From the NCBI GenBank assembly GCA_032718475.1, contig JAUCBJ010007806.1, positions 77,621 to 141,620 of the forward strand: a stretch of 64,000 bases of DNA, written 5' to 3'. Source of the DNA: Nemertoderma westbladi. Lineage: Eukaryota > Animalia > Xenacoelomorpha. Under the pieces are notes generated by a model. It had not been told where the DNA came from. It saw only the letters and a program-made list of their open reading frames with translations, and did no database searches. Positions within the stretch are counted from its first letter, which is position 1, and the number at the start of each line of letters is the position of its first letter. Positions 42,855 to 54,676 of this stretch are shown piece by piece. The translations under genes were made by a program, and so were the position numbers.

Positions 42855-42906
42855 TTCTACTAACAGTGATGGAGGGTAATATTTACAGTAGTTTATTGTT
42901 ACTTAC

Positions 42907-43509
42907 ACTGAACTATTAACTCAATAGTGAATGACTCTGTAATAGTTGATAAATCATAAAACGTATATTCGGCTTTAGTTGTGTAAATCCCTGAAGATCT
43001 TTTATTTATATCGATATTTCTAACTTCATCTCCAAGGGTTAAGAAGTTGCCACTCCAAATATAACCAACATATATATTGCATCCATCCCCATCTGGAATC
43101 CACTTTACCTCTATTGGGTCGTTATGAACTTCCAAACTTCTATTTAATTGTATTGAATCTCCAGTATAAGTATTACCACCAACATCCAGTTTCAGATCAC
43201 AATATTCTACAGTTACCGGTACCACTGGGCTTTCCTTTCTCCCTTCCCCACTGTCGTTGCTGTACTGACCAGTAAACTCGCACTTATAATCACCTCCATC
43301 GTCTGCGCGTAAAGGGTCTAGTGTAAATGTTGATGATGGTTCAGTAACTATAGCTGCATCACCAGTAACATCTTTACTACCAACATACCAGGACCAACTT
43401 GGGTTTGGTTCCACATTGTAGTCGTCGGCCGAACATTTTAATTCCAATGTTTCGCCTTTTTTCTTTTTAATCGGAACGTCGGGGTTAATGTTTATCCTAG
43501 ACGGCAAAT
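42907..43509 (-). CDS. gene B exon: canonical Ig domain followed by a divergent Ig-like domain
   Basis: 603 bp, phase 1-1 (ttacag|AT TTG CCG ... GTT CAG T|gtaagt). GETLELKCS...WSWY...DDGGDYKCE is the Ig C-W-DxGxYxC signature. The second domain ends SGIYTTKAE...IELIVQ and lacks the canonical F-strand Cys. Confidence 0.9.
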
Positions 43510-45174
43510 CTGTAACAATAATATTAATATTAGTAATATAACTTAGATGTAAAACTTTTAGATACATTATAATAACAATGTTAATTGTTATATATTGTAA
43601 TAGCTTGATCGTTAAACGGGAATATTGTTGACACTTTTTTTGGTTACTTATCTAAATAAATAATTACCCTGTAGTGGTTAATGTAAGCCAATATAGCCAA
43701 TCTCGTTTAGTGATCTTTCTTTAGGCAAATCTAAGTAATACTGTGGATACAAAATAATATAAATGGTGGATGGATGATTGCTTATTATTAACTACAGTAT
43801 ATATTTATTATATTTATTATAAAATTTATTATATTTATTACTTATTCTAATATTTATTACAAATTGTGCACCTGTAACATTATAAGTAAATTCATTATTA
43901 TATTAAATAAGTTAAGTTATAATTTTCCTTTTATTTTTTTGTTTCGCTTTTTGGCATTCCTTCTTACTTTATATATGCAGTTACATTAAGATTACAATTA
44001 TTTAAGATTGCAATTAAGATTACAATGTGTAACGTAATAATATTTTACAAGGCTTATGATTTAAATAGTTAATATTAATTAAAATTTATTTATACATAAT
44101 AAGGTTATAAATAGTTTAGGTTGTACAACAACGCAAACACAATTATAAAATCTTAACATAATTACAAATTTTGGTTCTACATATTTAATATTTTAATTAT
44201 TATAAATTATAATATTTATTATTTATTTTAATATTTAAACAAATCTGGTACAGATAGAGTATTTAACCAGAGATTTAAGAGTTTTGGTGATCTAATTATA
44301 GAAGAATTCCTCAAGTTGTGCAACACTGGAGGCGGACATTGCTGCTCTTAACAAAGTCGATTGATCTAATCTAATAGCACAATCTTGTAGAAAATGCGAC
44401 TCGGATTCAGGATCACAACATAAACAGGCACAATCATCAATGTCACGGTCTGCTTCTCGCCAATCTGCTTCTCATAAGAGTCAGGTTTTTCCCTAACCCA
44501 GCAGCAAACCGAGAACAAAGGATTCAGGCTAAATTCATGGGTGTAAGTGACGGCAACTGGTTTGATTATATTAGATAATCGTACAAGATATTATTATAAA
44601 ATATAAATCAGTTTTTCTGACTCAAATCGTCTTAAAATTTGATTTTCTAAATATGTTGTTTTCAATATTGACGCCTTTTCTACTTTTACCGCGAAATGGG
44701 CAAAAAAATATATATGTTATGTATTACCGATAGTGCAATATCTTACTATCTAAGTTTTGTAATATTAAACCAACTGAATTACGTCTCCCATGTAATGATA
44801 TTTCTGTCTGTACGGGAACCACTTCCATTCCGGGGGAAGCCCACATTTTCGCCGTCTTTGCCAATTTCACCCCCCCCCCCCCAACAAAAAAAAATCAATA
44901 ATATTTCAATAATAATATAATTTGTGCATATAGTGCGGTGTGGCGTTGGGGCCACCAAGAATACTAACTTACTCAAAACATTTATATATCATATCGCAAT
45001 TTCTATCACTTTATTTCTTATTTACGGGTTATTTTATTGTTAGCTTTAGGCCTAGTGTTAATTGTGATAATTATTGAACAGTGTCGTACTTAAGTTTCGG
45101 TCAAGGAGTAGGATAAACCATCAAGGTAAAAATGTATAAACATTCAAAATGATACGTTAAAAAACGCAAAAGTT

Positions 45175-45587
45175 TGGTACATACACATGGTACACACACA
45201 TGTTACACACACATGGTACACACACATGGTACATACACATGGTACACACACATGGTACACACACACATGGTACACACACATGGTTCACACACACATGGTA
45301 CACACACATGGTTCACACACATGGTACACACACATGTTACACACACATGGTACACACACATGGTACACACACATGTTACACACACATGGTACACACACAT
45401 GGTACATACACATGGTACACACACATGGTACACACACATGGTACACACACATGGTACACACACATGGTACACACACACATGGTACACACACATGGTTCAC
45501 ACACATGGTACACACACATGGTACACACACATGGTACATACACATGGTACACACACATGGTACACACACACATGGTACACACACATG
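45175..45587. repeat. compound microsatellite ATGGT(AC)n, 11-15 bp units, intronic
   Basis: TGGTACACACACA repeated with variable CA number and occasional GTTC/GTTAC variants. Confidence 0.95.
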
Positions 45588-46242
45588 AAAGTAGATAATA
45601 TGAAGGAGGGGTTATGGTATAATGAAGGCATGAGAATTGGAAAGGAAATTGTTAATATAGTTCATTGATTACATAAGTGAATGTTAAAATAACAAGGAAG
45701 AACATGCGAGCCTAGTGAGCGGAAAATTTTAAAAAGAGGTTTAAATTGAGGTTTTGCACATTTAAATCGACCTTTTCAACCATTAATATTTTGATAAAAC
45801 TAATTGCTTTACTTTACATGTCGGTATATAACAGTCGCTACACCTCTCTCTGCAGTAATACAATACTGCAGGAAAACGTTTTACTGGTTTAATGGTTTTA
45901 CTGGTTAAATAGCTCTGTAGAGCTATGGCCTAGTCTAACTTGTGCTATGGTTTGTGCTTACGTGAGAAAATGTAAATTAACGATTAATTAAATGTAAATG
46001 TATGTAAAAAATACATTGTACATGTAAAAAAAAAAGAAAAAATACTCGAAAATTTCAAAAACTACCACTTCTTTCCCCATTTTGGACTTCACTTTTCATG
46101 TCATTTTCCGGCTTGGCTTCCTCAGAATGCCTTCGGCCGTGGCAGAAACCCCAGCCTACAGTCTGATGTTCACTGACACTGACCGTATGTAACTAAATAT
46201 GTTGTAACATAATATAACCTTTAGTGGATATCTCAAACTTAC

Positions 46243-47083
46243 ATTGAACTTCGATCGTAGTGGCACAGGATTTATCCTCTTCTATAGCTCTATTCCTCGC
46301 CTTACATATAAACTCTGCCCCATTATCTCCACGACTTAGATCTCTATTTATACTCAGTGTATCTTCTGGTTCAGTTACGACTCCACCAATAGCATCTCCG
46401 TTACTATACCAACTCCATGTAGAATCTCCTGATGTACTTCCAGCTACCGGTACCGGTACCCAATCCGATAACTTACAGTTTAATGTAGCTGAACTGCCTT
46501 CTATATAAGTACAACTCGGTACATCGCAGCTACACTTTGGTTTAGTATCAGCTTTACATTGGGGTGGAAGAGTTATTATAAGTGGGTAAGCTGTCTGATC
46601 GGATATGGCCGGGTTGTCTTGGAGATTTTCCGAATGCGTACTAGTAATCCAATGTATTATTTTTATCTCAAATACCTCCGGTATAGATTCAATACCAGGA
46701 GGATTCAACCCAACAGTTATATTTCCTTCAGCTCCGGCTGTGTTGCTACTTATATATTCTGTTGTATTCCAACCCTCACAATTGATATCATTATTATTAA
46801 TGTCGCAATCATCTCTATTGGTGTTGACTTTATTCCGCACACGTATGTTATCACCTTTACCATCCTTAGCAATAACCATTAAATCTAATACATCGGGAAC
46901 ACCCAATGTACTTTGGGCCGCAATAATAAAATCAACTTGTACTCTAATACTATTTCTTTCTTCTTTCCGTAAACATTCTCTAGTAAATTTAGATCCATCT
47001 GGTTCGACTAGAATATATCCATTATACTTTAACCCCAGAATAACATCAGTTAGACTTAGTAATATTATTATATATAATTTCAT
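46243..47083 (-). CDS. gene B first coding exon: signal peptide, uncharacterised ~155-aa N-terminal domain, Cys-rich linker, Ig (C2-like) domain
   Basis: MKLYIIILLSLTDVILG is signal-like. EGSSATLNC...WSWY...RGDNGAEFICKARN is an Ig signature. Ends GTT CAA T|gtaagt (phase 1). Joining to 43509 creates the typical inter-Ig linker EVQ-Y-LP. A possible 5'UTR acceptor lies at 47125. Confidence 0.88.
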
Positions 47084-47471
47084 GATGTAAACTCAATGTT
47101 TCTTGTTCAAATAAAATAATCAATCTGTAAAGTTCATCTTATTATACTGTAGGCCCTACATGATGCCTCCTAGAACTTTGTAGGCCAACTATTAAACATG
47201 ATTAGAGTCTAAAAGATGGCTAGATAGTTGTAGGGTATATTATACCTATACCGTAGGGATTAATGGATATACGCGGAGGCCCTATTACAATGGGATTTAT
47301 ATTATTTGTACAAATTTATATATATTATTATTATTACTGGCGAGGATGCGCAGACCAGACGAGCTGGCATTTATTTATTTATTCTTGAAAATATAAAATT
47401 AAAATTAGGTCGTGGCAAATAAAATAAATAAGACGCATCACCAAGACTCAAAATTAAAATTTAAATAACAT

Positions 47472-49063
47472 GGAAATTGTAAAGAAATTACGGAAATGGT
47501 AAAGAAATTACGGAAATGGTAAAGAAATTACGGAAATGGTAAAGAAATTACGGAAATGGTAAAGAAATTACGGAAATGGTAAAGAAATTACGAAAATGGT
47601 AAAGAAATTACGGAAATGGTAAAGAAATTACGGAAATGGTAAAGAAATTAAGGAAATGGTAAAGAAATTACGGAAATGGTAAAGAAATTACGGAAATGGT
47701 AAAGAAATTAAGGAAATGGTAAAGAAATTACGGAAATGGTAAAGAAATTACGGAAATGGTAAAGAAATTACGGAAATGGTAAAGAAATTAAGGAAATGGT
47801 AAAGAAATTACGGAAATGGTAAAGAAATTAAGGAAATGGTAAAGAAATTACGGAAATGGTAAAGAAATTACGGAAAGGTAAAGAAATTACGGAAATGGTA
47901 AAGAAATTACGGAAATGGTAAAGAAATTACGGAAATGGTAAAGAAATTACGGAAATGGTAAAGAAATTACGGAAATGGTAAAGAAATTACGGAAATGGTA
48001 AAGAAATTACGGAAATGGTAAAGAAATTACGGAAATGGTAAAGAAATTACGGAAATGGTAAAGAAATTACGGAAATGGTAAAGAAATTACGGAAATGGTA
48101 AAGAAATTAAGGAAATGGTAAAGAAATTACGGAAATGGTAAAGAAATTACGGAAATGGTAAAGAAATTACGGAAATGGTAAAGAAATTACGGAAATGGTA
48201 AAGAAATTTCGGAAATGGTAAAGAAATTACGGAAATGGTAAAGAAATTACGGAAATGGTAAAGAAATTACGGAAATGGTAAAGAAATTAAGGAAATGGTA
48301 AAGAAATTACGGAAATGGTAAAGAAATTACGGAAATGGTAAAGAAATTACGGAAATGGTAAAGAAATTTCGGAAATGGTAAAGAAATTACGGAAATGGTA
48401 AAGAAATTACGGAAATGGTAAAGAAATTACGGAAATGGTAAAGAAATTACGGAAATGGTAAAGAAATTACGGAAATGGTAAAGAAATTACGGAAATGGTA
48501 AAGAAATTACGGAAATGGTAAAGAAATTTCGGAAATGGTAAAGAAATTACGGAAATGGTAAAGAAATTACGGAAATGGTAAAGAAATTACGGAAATGGTA
48601 AAGAAATTACGAAAATGGTAAAGAAATTACGGAAATGGTAAAGAAATTACGGAAATGGTAAAGAAATTAAGGAAATGGTAAAGAAATTACGGAAATGGTA
48701 AAGAAATTACGGAAATGGTAAAGAAATTACGGAAATGGTAAAGAAATTTCGGAAATGGTAAAGAAATTACGGAAATGGTAAAGAAATTACGGAGATGGTA
48801 AAGAAATTACGGAAATGGTAAAGAAATTACGGAAATGGTAAAGAAATTACGGAAATGGTAAAGAAATTACGGAAATGGTAAAGAAATTACGGAAATGGTA
48901 AAGAAATTTCGGAAATGGTAAAGAAATTACGGAAATGGTAAAGAAATTACGGAAATGGTAAAGAAATTACGGAAATGGTAAAGAAATTAGGGAAATGGTA
49001 AAGAAATTACGGAAATGGTAAAGAAATTACGGAAATGGTAAAGAAATTACGGAAATGGTAAAG
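47472..49063. repeat. 20-bp purine-rich minisatellite GGAAATGGTAAAGAAATTAC, ~80 copies
   Basis: Exact 20-bp period with a few point variants and one 19-bp unit near 47875. Confidence 0.98.
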
Positions 49064-49798
49064 ACAGTCTAATAGATATCATGAGAATAGAGACCTCCTA
49101 CATACATACAATACCAGGCTTGGATGTGACGTTAAAAAGTTTAAAATATTTACAGGTTAAAATATTGCAGGATTCGGTTGTGGCGCACTGTGAACTGTAA
49201 CGGCTTGGAGTAACACAGCCTGATAAACTCAATACAGAGGCGTTCTATGGGATTGAGGTCGCAGAGATCGAAACGTTTACAGAGAGCACGTTTTTACTGT
49301 ACTGAGTATTAAGAACTGAGGCGAGACTAGGCATCGCAAACTCGTTGAAACATTTCTCATAAACTGATCCCAAACCTATGTACTAGTGAGTTAATCAGGA
49401 GTAGCTGATGTTTGACTTTAAATAGATTCTTAGTAAGGATTGCAGGAGAATATTAGGGCATTCGGTTATAATTTTATTAATAAATTAATAATTAATAAAT
49501 TAATACATATAATTTTATTGACAAGGTTACATTTTAGAATGAAACACAAATGCAGATACCAAACGCAACCATTCAAAGTGGTAAATTATAAAAACGGTAA
49601 AATTAGTCACAAACAATAAGTATTTTATAAACAAAAATAAACAATACTTATCAGTATAAATTATAAAATTGTAAAGTAAATATGTAATTTATAATTTTAG
49701 TACTAATTAATATCATATTATTGATTGAATTAAATTAATTAATCTAAATCAAAGCCGGAATCAATTAATATCATAATTAATTAATATAATTTAGTACT

Positions 49799-50110
49799 TC
49801 AGCCATCACAATTGATTTTAATATTATTATTGTAGCAATTATTTCCATCGGCGTGGACTCTATTCGACACTTCCATGTTTTTACCTTTACCATCGTTAAC
49901 AATAACCGTTGATTCCAATACATCGGTAATAGTTAATTCACTTTGTTGATTAATAATAAAATCAATTTGTACTCTAATACTATTTCTTTCTTCTTTAAAT
50001 AAACATTCTCTAGTAAATTTAGATCCATCTGGTTCGACTAGTTTATATCCATTATACTTGAACCCCAAAATAACATCAGTTAGTATCAGTAATATCAGTA
50101 ATGATTTCAT
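49799..50110 (-). pseudogene. truncated paralog (P) of gene B first exon: signal peptide + first ~85 aa of the N-domain
   Basis: Colinear with 46769-47053 at a constant offset of 3030 bp. TGG (Trp) in B is TGA here, and homology is lost a few bases later in AT-rich DNA. Confidence 0.8.
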
Positions 50111-51342
50111 TGTTATTGAGACTAACACATACAGATTAAATATCCTCACGACATTTTAACTTCCCCCTACAACTTAACTTAGAAGTAACAGCAAACCTTT
50201 TTAATCAATATAAAATTATATATAAAAGATATTTAATTTATAAACTCAAACTCTATAATCCAATAATACTTATTATTAACGATATAATATTAATTATTAA
50301 CTAACCATTGACAGCAGAATTTTAATAGCATTGCTGTTTGTTTCGAGGGCCGCCACTATTTTTGTGAATAATTGTTTCAATTTACGATATAACAATAATT
50401 ATTAATCAATGAATGACAGCATGGCGTGTAAGTTGTATCAGTTAGCCAATTAGTACAACGGGGTGGTTGAGGTACAGGGGTCTTGTCCTGATGGTAATGA
50501 AAATTTGGTGATTTTTGCTTTGCTTTTGTCTTTCGTTGTTATTACGTAATTCTCAATTTACCTGTTTTTATATGATCAACTTCATACGCTGTATTTTCTT
50601 TAGACTAATTAATTATTATGTAAACTAAATTACTTAACATATCATTATTATCTTACGTATTTATTCACAATCTCTATATAATCTACTAATAGTCAATAAA
50701 TACATACAAATCCATGGCTGACTTGTAGTAACATATAAAGATGAACTGTTGAATAGACATCTTTCTAATAGAAGCATATCTTATTACTTACTGTATTGGG
50801 TGAATTCTGTGGTATTTCTGTGATTAAATGTCAATGCTGAGATTAGACGATAAAAAGTGGATGTTATGGATATATTTAAGCTGAAATGTGAAAGCTGCCT
50901 TGTGGACAACAGATTTGATTTAAGGGCCGAAGGAGTCAGTACATTAGTATACCCATTATATGTTTCACTAATAAAATAAAAATACTTTATTTTTAAATGT
51001 TTTAACAAAATATTTCAACCAAAATACAACAAGTAATATAAACAATAAACACGGAAGCTATAAAATATGTTATAGTTGAACGTTTGTTTGCCAAGTTTTA
51101 TATTAAATTCTGGGGCCAAATGTAACTTCCTTTTTGGCATGAATGGCAGGGAAATAGTAACAATATGGTAGATTTATGTTGAGTCCAATAGTAACAATAT
51201 GGTAGATTTATGTTGAATCCCCAATTGGGGAAAATCCCTAATATTCTACTATTTCGCGATTTCAAAGAAATAATGAGAGAGAAAATATGTTACAAAATAA
51301 TAATTTTCAAATATAAAAGATACCAAATATAATAAAAATTAA

Positions 51343-53086
51343 GGATAGTAATATTTACTGACAGTTGTTACCCGTTATTAACAGTTATCCAATTTTTGCA
51401 CAGGCTTTCCAACAGTTATCCAATCTTTGCACAGGCTATCCAACAGTTATCCAATCTTTGCACAGGCTATCCAACAGTTATCCAATCTTTGCACAGGCTA
51501 TCCAACAGTTATCCAATCTTTGCACAGGCTATCCAACAGTTATCGAATCTTTGCACAGGCTATCCAACAGTTATCCAATCTTTGCACAGGCTATCCAACA
51601 GTTATCCAATCTTTGCACAGGCTATCCAACAGTTATCCAATCTTTGCACAGGCTATCCAACAGTTATCCAATCTTTGCACAGGCTATCCAACAGTTATCC
51701 AATCTTTGCACAGGCTATCCAACAGTTATCCAATCTTTGCACAGGCTATCCAACAGTTATCCAATCTTTGCACAGGCTATCCAACAGTTATCCAATCTTT
51801 GCACAGGCTATCCAACAGTTATCCAATCTTTGCACAGGCTATCCAACAGTTATCCAATCTTTGCACAGGCTATCCAACAGTTATCCAATCTTTGCACAGA
51901 CTATCCAACAGTTATCCAATCTTTGCACTGGCTATCCAACAGTTATCCAATCTTTGCACAGGCTATCCAACAGTTATCCAATCTTTGCACAGGCTATCCA
52001 ACAGTTATCCAATCTTTGCACAGGCTATCCAACAGTTATCCAATCTTTGCACAGGCTATCCAACAGTTATCCAATTCTTGCACAGGCTATCCAACAGTTA
52101 TCCAATCTTTGCACAGGCTATCCAACAGTTATCCAATCTTTGCACAGGCTATCCAACAGTTATCCAATTCTTGCACAGGCTATCCAACAGTTATCCAATC
52201 TTTGCACAGGCTATCCAACAGTTATCGAAAATGTATTAAAAAGGCAAAGGTCTAACGGCTGTCTGGGATATCATTTTTTACATTTATTAAGAGCAGGTCT
52301 CCTTGAAATAATTTTATAGTTGTACCAGTACCATATACTATAACTAAACTGAGATCAGGATAGCATCCTTTGTTATAGTATTGTCTTTATGGGCTGACCG
52401 ATTTTTAATTAATTAGGCCTAATTAATCCTCATCATTTAAGAAATTAATCCCGCCTTCCAGTAATTAGTGGCGTTGTTCTTTCGAAGCTCTACAGTTCAC
52501 TGAGCGACTGGACTGGACCTTCTCTCTCTTGGCTCATCTAGTCATCCCCAATAATACACCGATTGTCATGGCGAGTAACAACCATCTCCATTGTTGTACC
52601 AAATTCACAACAGTGACTGGGATGAGGTAGGCCTATGGAGAAGGGACGACGGACATCGGTATGTCGGGAAACATTGACGGAGAATGGGGACGAACGAACG
52701 ACTTTCATCACATGGTCTCCGGTCAATACTTTCGATATACGCCAATGTTCTTCGTTACACAGGCAACAATGTTAGGAAGCGCCAACAGGCACGCATTTGC
52801 AGAAGCGCCAACAACGTTTTTGACTCGCATTTGATTCTACGTCGTCAGAAGGAAATCCGAAGACAAGACGGAAACCATTCCAGGGTTCGGTATAATCGGT
52901 CAGCCCATAAATACAATACTGGTACTATAACAAAGGCTGCATATCCTGATATCAGTACGTGGTACCGGTGCAAAACTTATTTTCGTCATTTTAAATTCAT
53001 ATTCGATAACTGTTGGATAGCCAGTGCAAAGATTGGATAACTGTTAAAATCGGTAACAACAAACTGTCAGTAAATATTACTATCCC
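51343..53086. mobile_element. non-autonomous TIR element whose left TIR contains an expanded 31-bp minisatellite
   Basis: Left GGATAGTAATATTTACTGACAGTTGTTACCCGTTATTAACAGTTATCCAAT... matches the reverse complement of 52990-53085 (GGATAGTAATATTTACTGACAGTTTGTTGTTACCGATTTTAACAGTTATCCAATCTTTGCACTGGCTATCCAACAGTTATCGAATATG). No clean TSD seen. Confidence 0.85.
51381..52226. repeat. 31-bp minisatellite ACAGTTATCCAATCTTTGCACAGGCTATCCA, ~27 copies
   Basis: Exact 31-bp period with a few point variants. Confidence 0.98.
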
Positions 53087-53270
53087 AAATATAACACCAA
53101 TGGAATACTAAATATAGACGAAACTGCAAAATTTCATAAATTTTTTTGGACCCGAAATAATTTTTCAGCTATACTTAGTATAAACAATTTAATCAACCAT
53201 ATAAATATATTTTAGAATACTAAATAGAAAAAGTCGGACAAGTTGTATAGTTATCTCATTCGATCCATTA

Positions 53271-54286
53271 CTAGATTCCATAGACTTCCTTAGCATTTAA
53301 ATAGTCCCGATTGTCCTCATTCAATGCGGATTGGTTGATTATTCCAGCTCCGGTAACTTCTGATTGGTTGACATATGTTGGGGATACTGACTTACTCATG
53401 CATGCACAGTTATCTGATTGGTTGTTCATTGAGGCTTCCGCTACTTGTGATTGGTTAACATAAACGCTCCCCACCACTGTGTTGCTATTCTCTTCTCCTT
53501 TCTCCTCCACTGTGTTGGTATTCTCTTGTTCTCTCCCCTCCACTACTGTGTTGGTATTCTCTCGCCCTCTCCCCACCACTGTGTTGCTATTCTCTTGTCC
53601 TTTCTCCTCCACTGTGTTGCTATTCTCTTGTTCTCTCCCCTCCACTACTGTGTTGGTATTCTCTCGCCTTCTCCCCTCCTCTGTGTTGGTATTCTCTCGC
53701 CCTCTCCCCTCCACTGTGTTGGTATTCTCTGGCCCTCTCCCCTCCACTACTGTGTTGGTATTCTCCACATTGATTGTGTTCTGGCAGTTTGTATCAGTTT
53801 CTGTAGTTACCTTGTTTCTTCCAACTTTAGATTCATCGATAGTATCATAGGGATGCTCATCATTTGTTATCTGATCATCTCGACTACTGGAGGTGAGCGG
53901 AGTAAGATTGACGGGTGACTGATTGGTTGATGGGTGATTTACAGACCTCTCATTGGTGGTTTGAGTTATAGTTATCCCATTGGATGGTGAATTTACATAG
54001 TTCTCATTGGCTGGTTGATTTCGAAAACTCTCAGTGGCTAATGACCGATTGTTTGAAGCTCGAATGGCTTGTATCTCTAATTCTTCATAGGGGTGACTCG
54101 GGATGTTAGCTGGACCATCCAGACCATATACAACTGTGTCATCGTAGACAGGACTACGAGGTTTTCTATTCCGATATCTTTTGAGTAAAATGATTGCCAA
54201 TACGACTATAACAATCACTGCCATTCCACATCCAACAACACCTCCAATGATTGCAGCAGAGGAATTGGAATTTGTAGGAATTTCAT
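53271..54286 (-). CDS. gene A terminal exon: transmembrane helix and long Tyr-motif-rich cytoplasmic tail
   Basis: Acceptor tttttag|AT GAA ATT (phase 1). AAIIGGVVGCGMAVIVIVVLAIILL followed by the basic stop-transfer KRYRNRK. Tail contains YDDT, YEEL, YVN x3, YDTI, YLN; stop TAG at 53271. Confidence 0.9.
53470..53766 (-). repeat. coding tandem repeat, nine 33/36-bp units (ENTNTV(V)EGRxx) in the cytoplasmic tail
   Basis: CCACTGTGTTG(G/C)TATTCTC recurs at 33-36 bp spacing with the frame preserved. Confidence 0.92.
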
Positions 54287-54676
54287 CTAAAAATATAACA
54301 ATAATAAAATGTTTTTGAACTTGTACTGGAGAGTGCGGGTGTGTGCGGGTGTGCATGACAGGTCAGAAAAAAAAATTAAAAAAAAAAATTTCGCTCAGTA
54401 ACCACGTGATTGAAGATGTGTTGTTTCTTTTCATTTCAGAGATAAATCGTAAGGTCGGTGATTATTCTTGTTCGTCAAAAACATTGGATTGGTAAATTTT
54501 CCCGCGAACTTTACAATGAAATACCGACGATCTGCTAGTAAGTTTCACGAAATCGCCCCAAGAGCAGACAAATAGCTGAGTATTTATAAATAAATAGGGC
54601 TGATCTTTCGTCGTTGGCAACCCCAATTTATAGCGGGAAATTTAAATTCTCCAAACTGACAAATAGCAAACAATTG

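Noticed and set aside
45174-45668. His/Thr-rich and Cys/Val-rich ORFs
   Set aside because: Translations of a (CA)-based microsatellite.
51381-52226. Resemblance of the reverse-complemented 31-mer (GGATAGCCTGTGCAAAGATT) to the 45-mer (GGAATAGCC..CTGTGAAAGA..GATT)
   Set aside because: Needs several gaps in short AT-rich words; not distinguishable from chance without statistics.
51365-52319. Three overlapping ~300-aa ORFs
   Set aside because: Translations of the 31-bp minisatellite cycling through the three frames.
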